A stretch of DNA of 64,000 nucleotides from an uncultured delta proteobacterium (GTDB lineage: Bacteria; Bdellovibrionota; FAC87; UBA2466). Of the stretch, positions 18,720 to 28,900 are shown piece after piece. The number at the start of each line of letters is the position of its first letter. Within the stretch, counting starts at the first letter, position 1. The translations under genes and the position numbers were made by a program. Below the pieces are notes generated by a model that was not told the origin of the DNA, ran no database searches, and saw only the letters and a program-made list of their open reading frames with translations. The stretch is taken from the NCBI GenBank assembly GCA_963778115.1, contig CAVZSV010000004.1, forward strand, positions 2,816,001-2,880,000. The letters are read 5' to 3'.

Positions 18720-20381
18720 TTGCTTCGGAGTTTCGCTCTGGCGATTCTCTGGCTCGTGGTTGGAGCCAGAGCTATCGCTGAGCCCATGTGTTGGCCCACT
18801 ATTTTAGATGCGTCTAAGCTACGCCTAGACGGGCGCTTTTTTTCTTCCGAAGATAGGCTTACGTCTCTGTATGAACAGGCGTTGGCCGGTGACGATCAAG
18901 CCATGCAAGATCTCTTCAGCGATCTCTTTCCTCTGATTCAAAAGTATATTCACAAACAGACCCGCTTGATGGGGGTGAGCCAAATTCCTCCCACAGGAAG
19001 TATCGCTCACGACGTTCTTCTGTTTTTGGGCGATTATCTTTATGAGGCAAAGCCCGCCCCTCAACCTTTTCTGGGGGGGATCTATTATTTAGCGTGGGAG
19101 CGAATGTGGGGGGACAAACGGGGACGCCTCGAGCATTTAGAGGAGCAACTCTTCAACGAGGATAATAAAGACCTCCCATCACTCGTTGCGGAACTGGATC
19201 CTACCTATCGCACGATTTGGGATTTGAACCGAAAAGGGGAAAGCTGGCGGGAAATTGCAAAGGCAACCGGACTACCGTCCCGGACCGTGCAAGCCGCCAT
19301 TGCGCGACTAGATAGACTGGTAAGTCAGGTAAGGGAAGATTACATTACGGGAATCCGCAAACGCTATCTCGAACTCGTAGAAGAACTGACGGAGCCGCGA
19401 AAATCAGCCATGAAACTTTACCTTCAGGGACATAGCCCTCGCTCGATCGGAAGTTTAACGGGCCTAAATTACGATTGTACCTTGATGCTCTCTCGAATCG
19501 AGCAGTCCATTCGAAAAAAGTTGGCGGACCCTCTGGATATTCATCGAGACCTTTACAAGAAATGGATCTCGCGCCTTCCCGACCGGGAGCGTGGGGTTTT
19601 GGAACTCTCTGTTCAAAGCAAAGAGCCGCTTGAAGTCTCTCAACTGTTAGATCTCGAAGTTACGACGGTAGAGTATATTTACCGTCACTGGAGGGAGCGG
19701 TTTCTGGCGGCGATTAGTGACCTCCAAGGCAAGTCGCCGGCTGACGAAGAGAGGTTTCTAGAGCGAGCCCTGTGGCCTATCGGGGAGCGGCGGGCTCTGG
19801 AGATGGCGGAAGAGAATCGTTCGATCGCTTTTATTTCGCAGCAGTTAGGAGTCGGCAAGGCTGAAGTCAAAAAGAAGATTACTACGGCTCGCAAGCGGGA
19901 ATCGGAAAAGCTTTCTGCGACCAGTGAAAAAAATGCGTTTTATATGCGAGTCATTCCCTATATGGCGGATCCCACGCGTACGGTTCTCACCCTTAGTCTT
20001 GAGTACACTCCCAAGCAAATCGCCGACCGGCTTTCAATGACAGTCTCTCAAGTCAAGAACCTATTGGAAAGGTATCGCCGTTATTTAGATGATGCGTATT
20101 TGAATTGGGAAGAGAAGGAACGATCGCCAGAAGAGTTACGAGTGGCGTTGGCCATGGCGCAGTTGGGGCCGGTCCAGCGAAAGGCCTTAATGCGAAGTCT
20201 TGAAGGGATTCCCAACACAGCGATTGCTGTGGAGTTGGACTTAACGTATCGAGCGGCGGTGGTGTTGGTCAGTCAGACCAGAACGCAATTGGAAATGGCC
20301 TTGGAACGGCAAAGAGGCTTGGAGGAGCTACGGAGCGAAAGTCGTCAAGGTGCTTACGCCGGCAGCGGTACTGCTCGTTAA
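18720..20381 (+). CDS. Signal-peptide protein with one sigma2-like and six sigma4/HTH-like domains
   Basis: TTG start, leader MLRSFALAILWLVVGARAIA; AGDDQAMQDLF sigma2-like; six L...R....L...G.S..EIA..LG..T.V-type units. Confidence 0.75.
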   Translation: MLRSFALAILWLVVGARAIAEPMCWPTILDASKLRLDGRFFSSEDRLTSLYEQALAGDDQAMQDLFSDLFPLIQKYIHKQTRLMGVSQIPPTGSIAHDVLLFLGDYLYEAKPAPQPFLGGIYYLAWERMWGDKRGRLEHLEEQLFNEDNKDLPSLVAELDPTYRTIWDLNRKGESWREIAKATGLPSRTVQAAIARLDRLVSQVREDYITGIRKRYLELVEELTEPRKSAMKLYLQGHSPRSIGSLTGLNYDCTLMLSRIEQSIRKKLADPLDIHRDLYKKWISRLPDRERGVLELSVQSKEPLEVSQLLDLEVTTVEYIYRHWRERFLAAISDLQGKSPADEERFLERALWPIGERRALEMAEENRSIAFISQQLGVGKAEVKKKITTARKRESEKLSATSEKNAFYMRVIPYMADPTRTVLTLSLEYTPKQIADRLSMTVSQVKNLLERYRRYLDDAYLNWEEKERSPEELRVALAMAQLGPVQRKALMRSLEGIPNTAIAVELDLTYRAAVVLVSQTRTQLEMALERQRGLEELRSESRQGAYAGSGTAR

Positions 20382-21635
20382 GTACGAAATGATTTGGTTG
20401 ACCATGGGACTTCCGAAGCCCGAAACCGGATCGTAACCCGCAGTGGCTCTGACGACGTTACCAGTGCTATCTTTGATACTACCCGATGTGATGTCTCGGA
20501 AAGCCTGACTTGCTATTGTCGAAAGTCCCGCATAGATCGCCTGATGCATGTCTTGAATTACCGAAAGTTTGTTAGCCGCGCGTCCTTGGTAAACCAATGC
20601 CGTTAATCCTGCCCACAATGGAGAGGAGGCGCTTGTCCCTCCCACCACAATCCATCCTGTCGGGTTATTGGAAGTGCCTAGGTCAAATTCCGTATAAACG
20701 GCCACACCCGTCTGAGGATTGGCAACTGCGGTGATTTCGGGAGCCTGTTTGCCAGCCGCTTTATTAAAACCGGTTTGATAGGACGGGAAAGGAAACAGGG
20801 TATCGATACCTCCGCCTTCACCCGATTGGGAACTATTGTCCCAAACCACTTCAGAAACGGTATTGCCTACCACCGTGACGGAAGTTCCACCGACAGCAAT
20901 CACTCCGGGCTGCAAAGACGGGTACTCTGGATCTCCCGTGATATCACCTGCCGATGCAAAAAACGCGATACCCGGAATCTCGTAGGCGGTTTGGTTGGCG
21001 ACTTCCGTATTAGAGGCCGGGCCACCATAGCTCATTGAGACGACATTGCAACCGGCCGTCTTGGCTTGCAGGACCGCCGTCATCAGAGACGCGGAATTTG
21101 CATTTTGGGCCACCAAAATCACAATCTTGGCATTGGGAGCCATTGTGAGCACCATATCGATATCGAGAGTCGTTTCCACATACCACGGACTCGTCGTCGA
21201 AGAATCAGGATCGAGGGTCGTACTCACTGGCGTTACGGTAATATTGGGGGTGGGTAGATTAAATTCTTTGGCAAAGGTTTGAGCGTCGGCCACAGCCGTA
21301 CTGGTGCTATTGTAAGCTTCGATAAGACAGACAGTCGTTCCGTCACCTCGGTAAGTAACGCTGCTCGTGAGATTATAAATACTGCGGACATCTGCCGGAC
21401 CAAATCCGCCAATAGTGGAGGGGGTGGCACTCGGTCCCGAGTTTCCAGAGGAGGTTCCCGTCGTCCCAGTGGTTCCGGTGGTTCCGGTAGTTCCCGTAGC
21501 CCCGTTCGCCCCCGGACTAGGCGCGATAATGTATTTAGGGACGGCCACGGCCGATCCAAACGGTACCGTGCAACCCGACAAAAGAAATATCGAGAATGCG
21601 GTAAGGACGGCGTTTCGAACAAAAATATTCATCAA
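20328..21635 (-). CDS. S53 (sedolisin-like) peptidase, lipoprotein
   Basis: Lipobox LSGC; ETTLD (E/D), SMSYG, ASAGD, GGTSASSPLWAG, GYDPVSGFGSP. Confidence 0.9.
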   Translation of the reverse strand: MMNIFVRNAVLTAFSIFLLSGCTVPFGSAVAVPKYIIAPSPGANGATGTTGTTGTTGTTGTSSGNSGPSATPSTIGGFGPADVRSIYNLTSSVTYRGDGTTVCLIEAYNSTSTAVADAQTFAKEFNLPTPNITVTPVSTTLDPDSSTTSPWYVETTLDIDMVLTMAPNAKIVILVAQNANSASLMTAVLQAKTAGCNVVSMSYGGPASNTEVANQTAYEIPGIAFFASAGDITGDPEYPSLQPGVIAVGGTSVTVVGNTVSEVVWDNSSQSGEGGGIDTLFPFPSYQTGFNKAAGKQAPEITAVANPQTGVAVYTEFDLGTSNNPTGWIVVGGTSASSPLWAGLTALVYQGRAANKLSVIQDMHQAIYAGLSTIASQAFRDITSGSIKDSTGNVVRATAGYDPVSGFGSPMVNQIISYLTSSTAAGVSTLTTFAP

Positions 21636-21674
21636 GTGGATTCCAAAAAAACAAGAGGCGTTTGCTCTAAGAAA

Positions 21675-21690
21675 AGCAAGTTGTATGCCG
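21675..21690 (-). promoter_or_regulatory. Putative sigma54 promoter for the S53 peptidase
   Basis: Minus strand CGGCATACAACTTGCT = GG-N10-GC with TTGC. Confidence 0.6.
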
Positions 21691-21954
21691 GGAGTTTAGC
21701 CTTGAGTCGACTGTCAGAATTTTGTTTATTCGACGAACTTTTAGACACCTTTAAACAATAATTCGGACTTGGTTATTGAGTTCAGGATCTTAGTCTGACC
21801 AATTCTTTGGCAATGGTGCTTTAAATCTCCCTTTTTTAATGTGCAAGCGCCCGCACAATCTTCAATAAGAAAAAGCCTCCGATAGGATTAAGAATTCGCC
21901 AGCTTATCGCCGATACCTTTGTGTTGGCGGAGCATTAACGCTTTTTGGTTAATT

Positions 21955-22872
21955 ATGAAGAGATTAGGGATGTACGGACTGATCGCTTTGGCTTCGGCCT
22001 CTGTTTTTGCCGATACCGTGATGATCCCCATGACCCACCCGTTCTTTCAGAAGCTAAAAGAGCTGGTAAATCTTCATGTCAATTCCACTTCGGAGCCGGT
22101 TTATGCTCATAGCTGCGTACCGTCTCAGGTTTCTTTCTCACGTGTCTTAGCAACGGTGCGATCGCCGCTCTCACCGCAAACCCTTTCTTTTAAACTCGAT
22201 CAACCGGGCTACTACGTCAAAGATGCGTACTCCCTGATTGAGATGACCGAATCGGGGAAAGGGGCTATTCCGCTTTTTTTGAAGAAGACAGAAAGCACGG
22301 ACATAAAGATTGAGCAAATGACAAGCGAAGGGGCGAGCCGATGTCCTGGAAGCGCGGCCGCCTGTTATGTTCCGATGATCAAAACCATGTACGTCGATAA
22401 AAGTGCTGAAGTGGGAATCATGGCTCCCATCTTGTTCCATGAAATCCTTCACGCTCTGGATATTGATTTGGAAGAAACGTTGAAACGAGAAGTCGTACTC
22501 TCCACAGAGATTCAAAAGCAAAGTGAACAAGCGCTGCAAACCGTGGCCGATCGTCTGAAGGTAAATGCCCTAGATCTTCCCGCTTCCGCTTTTTCGGAAA
22601 CCGATATGGAAGCCACGATAAAATGGAACGTCATGGCCGAAGAGGCTTTAGAAGTAGAGAGATTTAAGACCGAGCGTATGGCCTATGATAATGCGTTTCC
22701 GGTGGAAAAGGAGTTGGTCGAACTTTTTCCTCAGTACTATGAAAGCGCTATGAGGCGATTTCACTTCTCCATGCCCCATAATTTCACGGATAGCGATATC
22801 ATTTCACGCTACGGAATTACCCCACCGATAATTCAAAGATATCTAAGAGGTCTCTGTCAGACGATGCCGTAG
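21955..22872 (+). CDS. Exported HExxH zinc metallopeptidase-like protein
   Basis: Signal peptide, AACY motif, LFHEILHALD, downstream E..AY. Confidence 0.7.
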   Translation: MKRLGMYGLIALASASVFADTVMIPMTHPFFQKLKELVNLHVNSTSEPVYAHSCVPSQVSFSRVLATVRSPLSPQTLSFKLDQPGYYVKDAYSLIEMTESGKGAIPLFLKKTESTDIKIEQMTSEGASRCPGSAAACYVPMIKTMYVDKSAEVGIMAPILFHEILHALDIDLEETLKREVVLSTEIQKQSEQALQTVADRLKVNALDLPASAFSETDMEATIKWNVMAEEALEVERFKTERMAYDNAFPVEKELVELFPQYYESAMRRFHFSMPHNFTDSDIISRYGITPPIIQRYLRGLCQTMP

Positions 22873-22979
22873 CCAGGTGGCAAGACTTTTCCTTGAAATC
22901 TTCCTTATTGAAATAGATTGAAAAGCTTTGCGAAATAGGACACCTTTTTTCTATTAAAGGCCGTATCTCTTCTCACAGG

Positions 22980-23324
22980 TTGGGGCGAATGAGCAAGTAC
23001 GTACCAGGCTTCCTACTTCTAGTCTCCCTACAGGCACTCAGTGCCACCGTTCCGGATTCCTTTCCGGTAGGAAATTGCTCGGATCCCATTTACCACGCTT
23101 CCCTAGAAATAGAGAAACCAGGGCTCGTCTCGGTTCAATATGACTTTGTCGACAAATTCGGCAGGAAAATTCCTGGTCGCATGCGGATCGAAGACGGGCG
23201 CATTTGGTTATTCGTCGAAATGAATGAACCGGTCTATCTTGGGGACGCCCAACCCCTAAATTGGAGGCCGGATATTCTTTTTATCGGGGATACTGTGAAA
23301 CTCAACTTTTGTGAGATCCACTAA
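22980..23324 (+). CDS. Small exported hypothetical protein
   Basis: Signal peptide, two Cys. Confidence 0.6.
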   Translation: MGRMSKYVPGFLLLVSLQALSATVPDSFPVGNCSDPIYHASLEIEKPGLVSVQYDFVDKFGRKIPGRMRIEDGRIWLFVEMNEPVYLGDAQPLNWRPDILFIGDTVKLNFCEIH

Positions 23325-23665
23325 CTTTTCTCAAAATACGACATGATCTTCTGGTGAAGCGGGTACATCAAAATAACCAGAGTAATAGAAGTTGCGTACA
23401 TCACCCAGAAATTTAACTTCCACTTCGCATACGCCAGATAGGGAATAAAAAAAGAAACGCTTAATAGCATGGCCACAAGGACACTTCTTGCGACCAGGAC
23501 GGTTCGTTCCGTATCTTGGTGCTCTAACTGAATGAGAACCAGAGTAAGTGCTGTGGACAGGGGGATGGCCCCCACTACAAATCCTGCTGTCACCGGGTAT
23601 TTGCGCGCCAAGAAAGTACTTAGTCCGATAATAAAGGCCGATAGAAAAATCTGTATGACTACCAT
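23321..23665 (-). CDS. Small four-TM membrane protein (DUF3147-like)
   Basis: Hydrophobic pattern, AG...A.PL motif; AAAGGA SD. Confidence 0.65.
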   Translation of the reverse strand: MVVIQIFLSAFIIGLSTFLARKYPVTAGFVVGAIPLSTALTLVLIQLEHQDTERTVLVARSVLVAMLLSVSFFIPYLAYAKWKLNFWVMYATSITLVILMYPLHQKIMSYFEKS

Positions 23666-23771
23666 GAATGTTTCCTTTCCCGAGTGGCGATTATACTTTT
23701 TTCAAAAGTCCTTGAACGTTTAATTATCTTTTTATATGGTCGGCGACCTAATAGGTAGTCCGGGGAGTATA

Positions 23772-24278
23772 GTGAATCTAAAATTAAGTAGACTAGTTAT
23801 TTTTGTGTGCTTATTCGCCTTTCTTGGAGCCTCCGCACCGGCAGCGGAACCTTGTAGTCATCCCGTTGTCCGAGCATGGACCCGAGTGGTTACTTTTCTG
23901 CGACGGGTTTTCAATCGGGACGCCGATGGGGCTCTGATGGAGTTAGAAGCGGATGTGACCTATCCCGATTCGATATGGTATAGGAGCTTCGATCCGCAAT
24001 CCATGCCGCCCAGTTGGCACGCAGTCGACGAACAGACTTCGGCAAATATCTGGAGAAATCTGGCGTCTTGGCGCCTACCCCACCTATATTCGCTTATTGA
24101 GAAGACTGGCGAGTTACGTCATTTGCCGAAGATAGTGGAGTTGGCTCGAGTTCCTTTCTGCGACCGGTTACCCGAAGTCAGGCGCGCGGCCCATGATGCA
24201 CTCAACGAAGAGCGGCTTCATTTTTCGCGCATCATCGTCAGTAGTATCATTCGTCGACATCAAAGTATCCTGGTTTAA
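23772..24278 (+). CDS. Exported hypothetical protein with C-terminal HEAT-like helix pair
   Basis: GGGGAG SD with GTG start; signal peptide; D..PEVRRAAHDAL. Confidence 0.55.
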   Translation: MNLKLSRLVIFVCLFAFLGASAPAAEPCSHPVVRAWTRVVTFLRRVFNRDADGALMELEADVTYPDSIWYRSFDPQSMPPSWHAVDEQTSANIWRNLASWRLPHLYSLIEKTGELRHLPKIVELARVPFCDRLPEVRRAAHDALNEERLHFSRIIVSSIIRRHQSILV

Positions 24279-24356
24279 TGGACCAGTTGGCCCAGTGGCC
24301 ATGCGTCCGAGGGTTTCTGGCCTCCAACGATCCGGAACTCTATAGCGAGATCTTTC

Positions 24357-25256
24357 TTACGGCGAACTAGGTTTAGGAGGAAGAGGACTGGTTCCTTCCG
24401 CTAAGGGGGAAGGAAGTGGTTTCTTTGAAGCCTTAACCTTCGCGATGGCCCTCTTAGATTTATTACCCTGCTTGGCCTTCGGCTTTTTCGTTTTCCAAAA
24501 GTCTTCCTTCTCTTTTTCTTTCTTGGCAATGAGTTTGGCTAAATCCTTTTCGGGCACAATAACTTCGATGCGGGGCTCTTCAGAGATCGGCGCCACCGAG
24601 ATGGAAGTGGACGTTGGAGCGTTTTGGGAGGCCTCATAGTCCGCCTCTACTGACTTAAGATCTAAAACCATCGACGAAAGGTCGGCCTGGTTTGAAGGTG
24701 CCGTTATCGTAGGCCCTGAAGCGTCTGGTGCCGTAGTGAGTGTACCAGGCGTTGAAGCATCGGCAGGAGGTTGTTTAGCGACCGAATCATCCAGCACTAA
24801 GACTTCCTTATTTAAGGACCCATTGGGATCTTGGGCTACTGTAGCATTCGAAGCAGGGGCAAGCGGTCGTCCCGCCGCAGAAGTGGTTGGCGCAGTGGCG
24901 AAGGGGTCTGCTTTTAATTCCTTTCCGGGCGGAGCCGCGGAGAACACCGATTTGTGCTCCCGATCATCATTTTTTTGGCGGGATTGGTCATTTTGATCGA
25001 TCTGCTGCTGCAGCATTTGCGCTTTCATCTGTTCTTGCGACGCCATTCCAAAGTTTTTCTGAGCTTCATACATTTGGGCCTGCATCGTATGTTGCATCAT
25101 ATTTTGTTGAAGGACGGGATTTCCATTATCGACTTTTTGGACAGCATCTTGGCTGGAGATTTTTGCCTCCCCCGTATTGTTCCCGCTCTCGGCGTGAGCA
25201 TTGAGGCAGCTTAGGACTAGAAATAGCCCCGCGAGAATAGAAAGAACTCCCTGCAT
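24357..25256 (-). CDS. Exported low-complexity protein (Gln/Met-rich, Pro/Ala/Thr-rich, Lys-rich tail)
   Basis: Signal peptide ...LNAHA; compositional blocks. Confidence 0.75.
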   Translation of the reverse strand: MQGVLSILAGLFLVLSCLNAHAESGNNTGEAKISSQDAVQKVDNGNPVLQQNMMQHTMQAQMYEAQKNFGMASQEQMKAQMLQQQIDQNDQSRQKNDDREHKSVFSAAPPGKELKADPFATAPTTSAAGRPLAPASNATVAQDPNGSLNKEVLVLDDSVAKQPPADASTPGTLTTAPDASGPTITAPSNQADLSSMVLDLKSVEADYEASQNAPTSTSISVAPISEEPRIEVIVPEKDLAKLIAKKEKEKEDFWKTKKPKAKQGNKSKRAIAKVKASKKPLPSPLAEGTSPLPPKPSSP

Positions 25257-25283
25257 GTTGCGTGTACCCCCGATAATTGAAGA

Positions 25284-25299
25284 TGCATAAAACTGGCCA
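25284..25299 (-). promoter_or_regulatory. Putative sigma54 promoter
   Basis: Minus strand TGGCCAGTTTTATGCA = GG-N10-GC, about 28 nt upstream of the 25256 start. Confidence 0.55.
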
Positions 25300-25528
25300 T
25301 GACGGCGTCACAATTGCGGCTTCAAATGAATAATTATAACGACTAATTTCGTCGAAGTTCTTGACGGTGGCTATGGTTTTTCGACATCAAAAGTTGGGAA
25401 GGTCGTTCTACTCCTCAGTAACATCCTCGGCAAATGTAGCGTCTGCGCCGAAAATGATGGGAAAGAGTAGGTTTTGCTCTCTACGCTTTCTTGGGTAGCC
25501 CGACCAGGAAAGTCACTCGTCGGGAGAG

Positions 25529-25825
25529 TCAAATCTCATATTTCCTATCAAACCACCACACCCCAAACGGCAAGCAAGACGCAAGGACCGCTATCCTAAA
25601 CTTCTTCTTGGGCCAGGATTCTTCAAGGCTCAGGTTGTAGGCAGTATAGGCATAGGTCAGAAAAAGAAGGCCATGAACCATGCCCACGATGCGAACGGGA
25701 AGCGGGTTATGCCAGATATATTTTAGGGGCATGGCGATTCCAAAGAGGCAAAGCAAAGAGATGCCTTCCAAATTGGCGACGGTACGAAATAAGCGATGTG
25801 CTGGATTTTGCATAACCCCTACCAT
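25529..25825 (-). CDS. DUF3817 family membrane protein
   Basis: FR..A.LEGIS...LF.IAMPLKY, G..HG.LF..Y, A...PFG. Confidence 0.85.
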   Translation of the reverse strand: MVGVMQNPAHRLFRTVANLEGISLLCLFGIAMPLKYIWHNPLPVRIVGMVHGLLFLTYAYTAYNLSLEESWPKKKFRIAVLASCLPFGVWWFDRKYEI

Positions 25826-25984
25826 AGTCGAGTTTCGCTCAATTGAAAAACGGACTATTTTTACCGAAATATCTGAGTTATAGAAGCCTGATACGTCCTA
25901 GAAAATAGTCGTTGAGCTGGTGGGTCGAATCAGATCCCTAGGACCCGTTGAGATAGCTTGAGCTGGAATGGAGGGGACTAATTT

Positions 25985-28900
25985 ATGCAGTTAGAATCCT
26001 TGCCAAATTCTACCAGTCCTTCGGGCTCTGCCTCAGGGAATCCGACAACATCTAGCCAAAATCTTAAAGACCTCCTAGCTCCCCATTACGAGCCGGTTCG
26101 CCTTCTAAAAACTACCTTCGGAGTCAGTACGTATCTGGGGATGGAGGTAGCCTCTCGTAATAAGGTCATCATTAAAATGGTTCCTCATGAATCGCCTGGG
26201 GGAGCAAGGCTTCGCTTAGAGCATGAAGCCACTTTGCTAAGGGAACTCGATTGTGAATCTATCGCTTCCCCGTTACATTTTCGCTCCACGGTGGACTCTA
26301 CGATAATGGTATGCCCCTACGTCCCGGGAATAAGTCTGGGAGAGAAACTCTCGCGGACAAAGCTTTCGATAAAAGATACGCTTCACGTCGCGAATAAACT
26401 GATGTTGGCCTTGAAAGAAGCCCACGAACACGGAGTCCTCCACTCCGACATCAAGCCTTCTAACGTTATCGTTTCGGATGAAGTAAGCGATTCCGCCGTC
26501 ACCCTTATCGATTTTGGGTTCGCCTGGAGTTTAAAGCTCGATATTTCTCTGAGAGATATTCCTGCAGGATCCGCCAGTTATTTTGCCCCTGAGCGAGTCG
26601 GTGTGATGAAATGCATTTTCGATGAGCGATCCGATCTCTACTCCGTTGGCGTTTTGCTTTACGAGTGTTTGACTGGAAAGTGCCCATTCGGCGGAAGTGG
26701 TTTGGGGGAAATTTTTCGCAAACATCTCACTTTTTATCCTCCTCCCCTACGCCATGTAAGAGCAGAAGTCCCCAAGGCATTAGACGAACTCATTCAGCGA
26801 TTGTTGGCCAAGGATCCTCGTGAACGCTACCAAACGGCGGTCGGAGTCCTATCCGATCTAGAAGAGATTGCAAATTTGTTAGCCAGCGGAGTGGTGGCTC
26901 CCGCCGTTATCATTGGAAAATCGGATCGCAGGAGAACGTTGGCGGAGCCCGCTTTTACAGGGCGACAAGAGGAGATCCGCCAAGCGAGATTGTGGTGGCA
27001 ACAAGCGAAAGAGGGAAAAGGTGGCCTTCTTTTATTGGAAGCGGAGTCAGGCGGAGGGAAAACCCGTCTTCTCGAAGAATTGGGTAAGCAATGCCTTGCC
27101 GAAGAATGTAACGTCTTCTGGGGGCAAGGGCTCGATCAAGCAGCTCAAAGGCCATTTCAATTACTGGTAGGTGTTGCTGAACAATCCGTACGTCTTTTCT
27201 CTACCGAGCCCGAACAAAGACATTTTTTCTCGACGAAACTAAAAGATCAAGCGCAGGCCATTTGCGATGCGCTGCCCGAGTATCGGGCTCTTTTTAAGAT
27301 AAAGCCCGAAATTCTAGGTCCGGAGGATTTCGGCGAAGTCAGAAATCTCCAAGCTCTGGCTAAACTCCTCGACGAATTGGGAACCGCTAGTCGGCCGGCG
27401 TTTATCATTTTGGATGACTGTCAGTGGGCCGACGAGTTGACGCTAAAGCTGATTCAGCATTGGAGCGAGACCAGAACTAAAGCAGGAAAAGTTCATCTTC
27501 TGATTGTAATCGCCTTTCGATCCGAGGAGGTAAAGTTAGGTCACTTACTTCGGCGAATTCAACCTCTCGGTCGAATCATTTTGCCTTCCCTAAAAAGTGA
27601 GGAGATTTCGGGCGTCATCGAATCCATGGCGGGGCCTCTCCCCCCAACGGCTATCTCTTCCATCATTAAACTTGCGGATGGGAGCCCTTTTATGGCTTCC
27701 GCTGTTCTTCGAGGTCTGGTGGAATCTAAGACTCTGGTTCCCAGCCATTCGGGATGGAAAATGGAGGAGACCGATTTTGCCCGAATCAGCTCCTCGCGAG
27801 TCGCCGCTAGCTTCTTGGTGAGGAGACTAGAGTTATTACCTTCCGAACACTTGGAAGCTCTTTCTGTGGCAGCCATATTGGGAAAGGAATTTTCGATTAG
27901 TCGCGTAGTAGGGTTGAGTAAACAGGATTCGGTTCTTATCGGCCAAACGATTGGGGAAGCGCGACGACGTCATATCGTTTGGGATATGGAAAAGGGGGAT
28001 CATTTCGCTTTTGTTCATGACAAGCTCCGAGAGGCGTTGCTCTCCCGATTGGCTCCGCAGACGAAGAAGAAACTCCATCTGAAAGCCGCTCTCTTTATAC
28101 TTGAACAAGATTCACAGGCCGTGTTCGATCTGGCCTACCACTATGATGCGGCGGGAGAATATGAGAGCGCTTTGCCTTATGCGATTGCCGCGGCCACTTT
28201 GGCTCGAAAGCAAAACTCCCTAGAGATCGCCTTACAGCACTACCGTATTGCGGAGCGCGGGGTGGGTTCCGTTAAGACGGACACGCTTAGGATGTTGCGT
28301 GAAGGAATTGGAGACGTCTTATTGCTCAAAGGCGATTACACCGGGGCTGCGGAACAATATTCGACTCTGACACAATTGACTAAAGATCCCGTGGAGCGAG
28401 CCAAGTTCGAAGGGAAGTTAGGTGACATCGCTTTTCGCCGTGGGGATGTTAAAGCGGCCTGTGACCTCAGTGAGAAGGCGCTTAGAATCCTCGGGGGAAA
28501 AACTCCATCCACCGCTTTCCATTTTGCTGTGGCAGCGGGTAGAGAGATTTTTGTTCAGATTTTACATTCGCTATTTCCCCGGGTTTTCGTGGGGAGGCGA
28601 AAGACGTTTGATCCTTCGAGTGAGGAGTTTCATTGCATCAGGATCTATAGCCGAATGGCGTACATTTATTGGTTTGGACGCGGAAAGATTCCTTGCTTGT
28701 GGGCCCATTTGCGAGAGATGAATCTTGCAGAACGCTACCCTCCCACTCCCGAATTGGCTCAGGCCTATTCGGAGCACGCGCCCGTAATGACCATGATCCC
28801 TCTGTTTAATCGCGGAATCAAATACGCGAAGCGTGGGCTAGAGATGCGGCGAAAAATGGGCGATTTGTGGGGTCAAGGGCAGTCGCTTCACTTTTATGGA

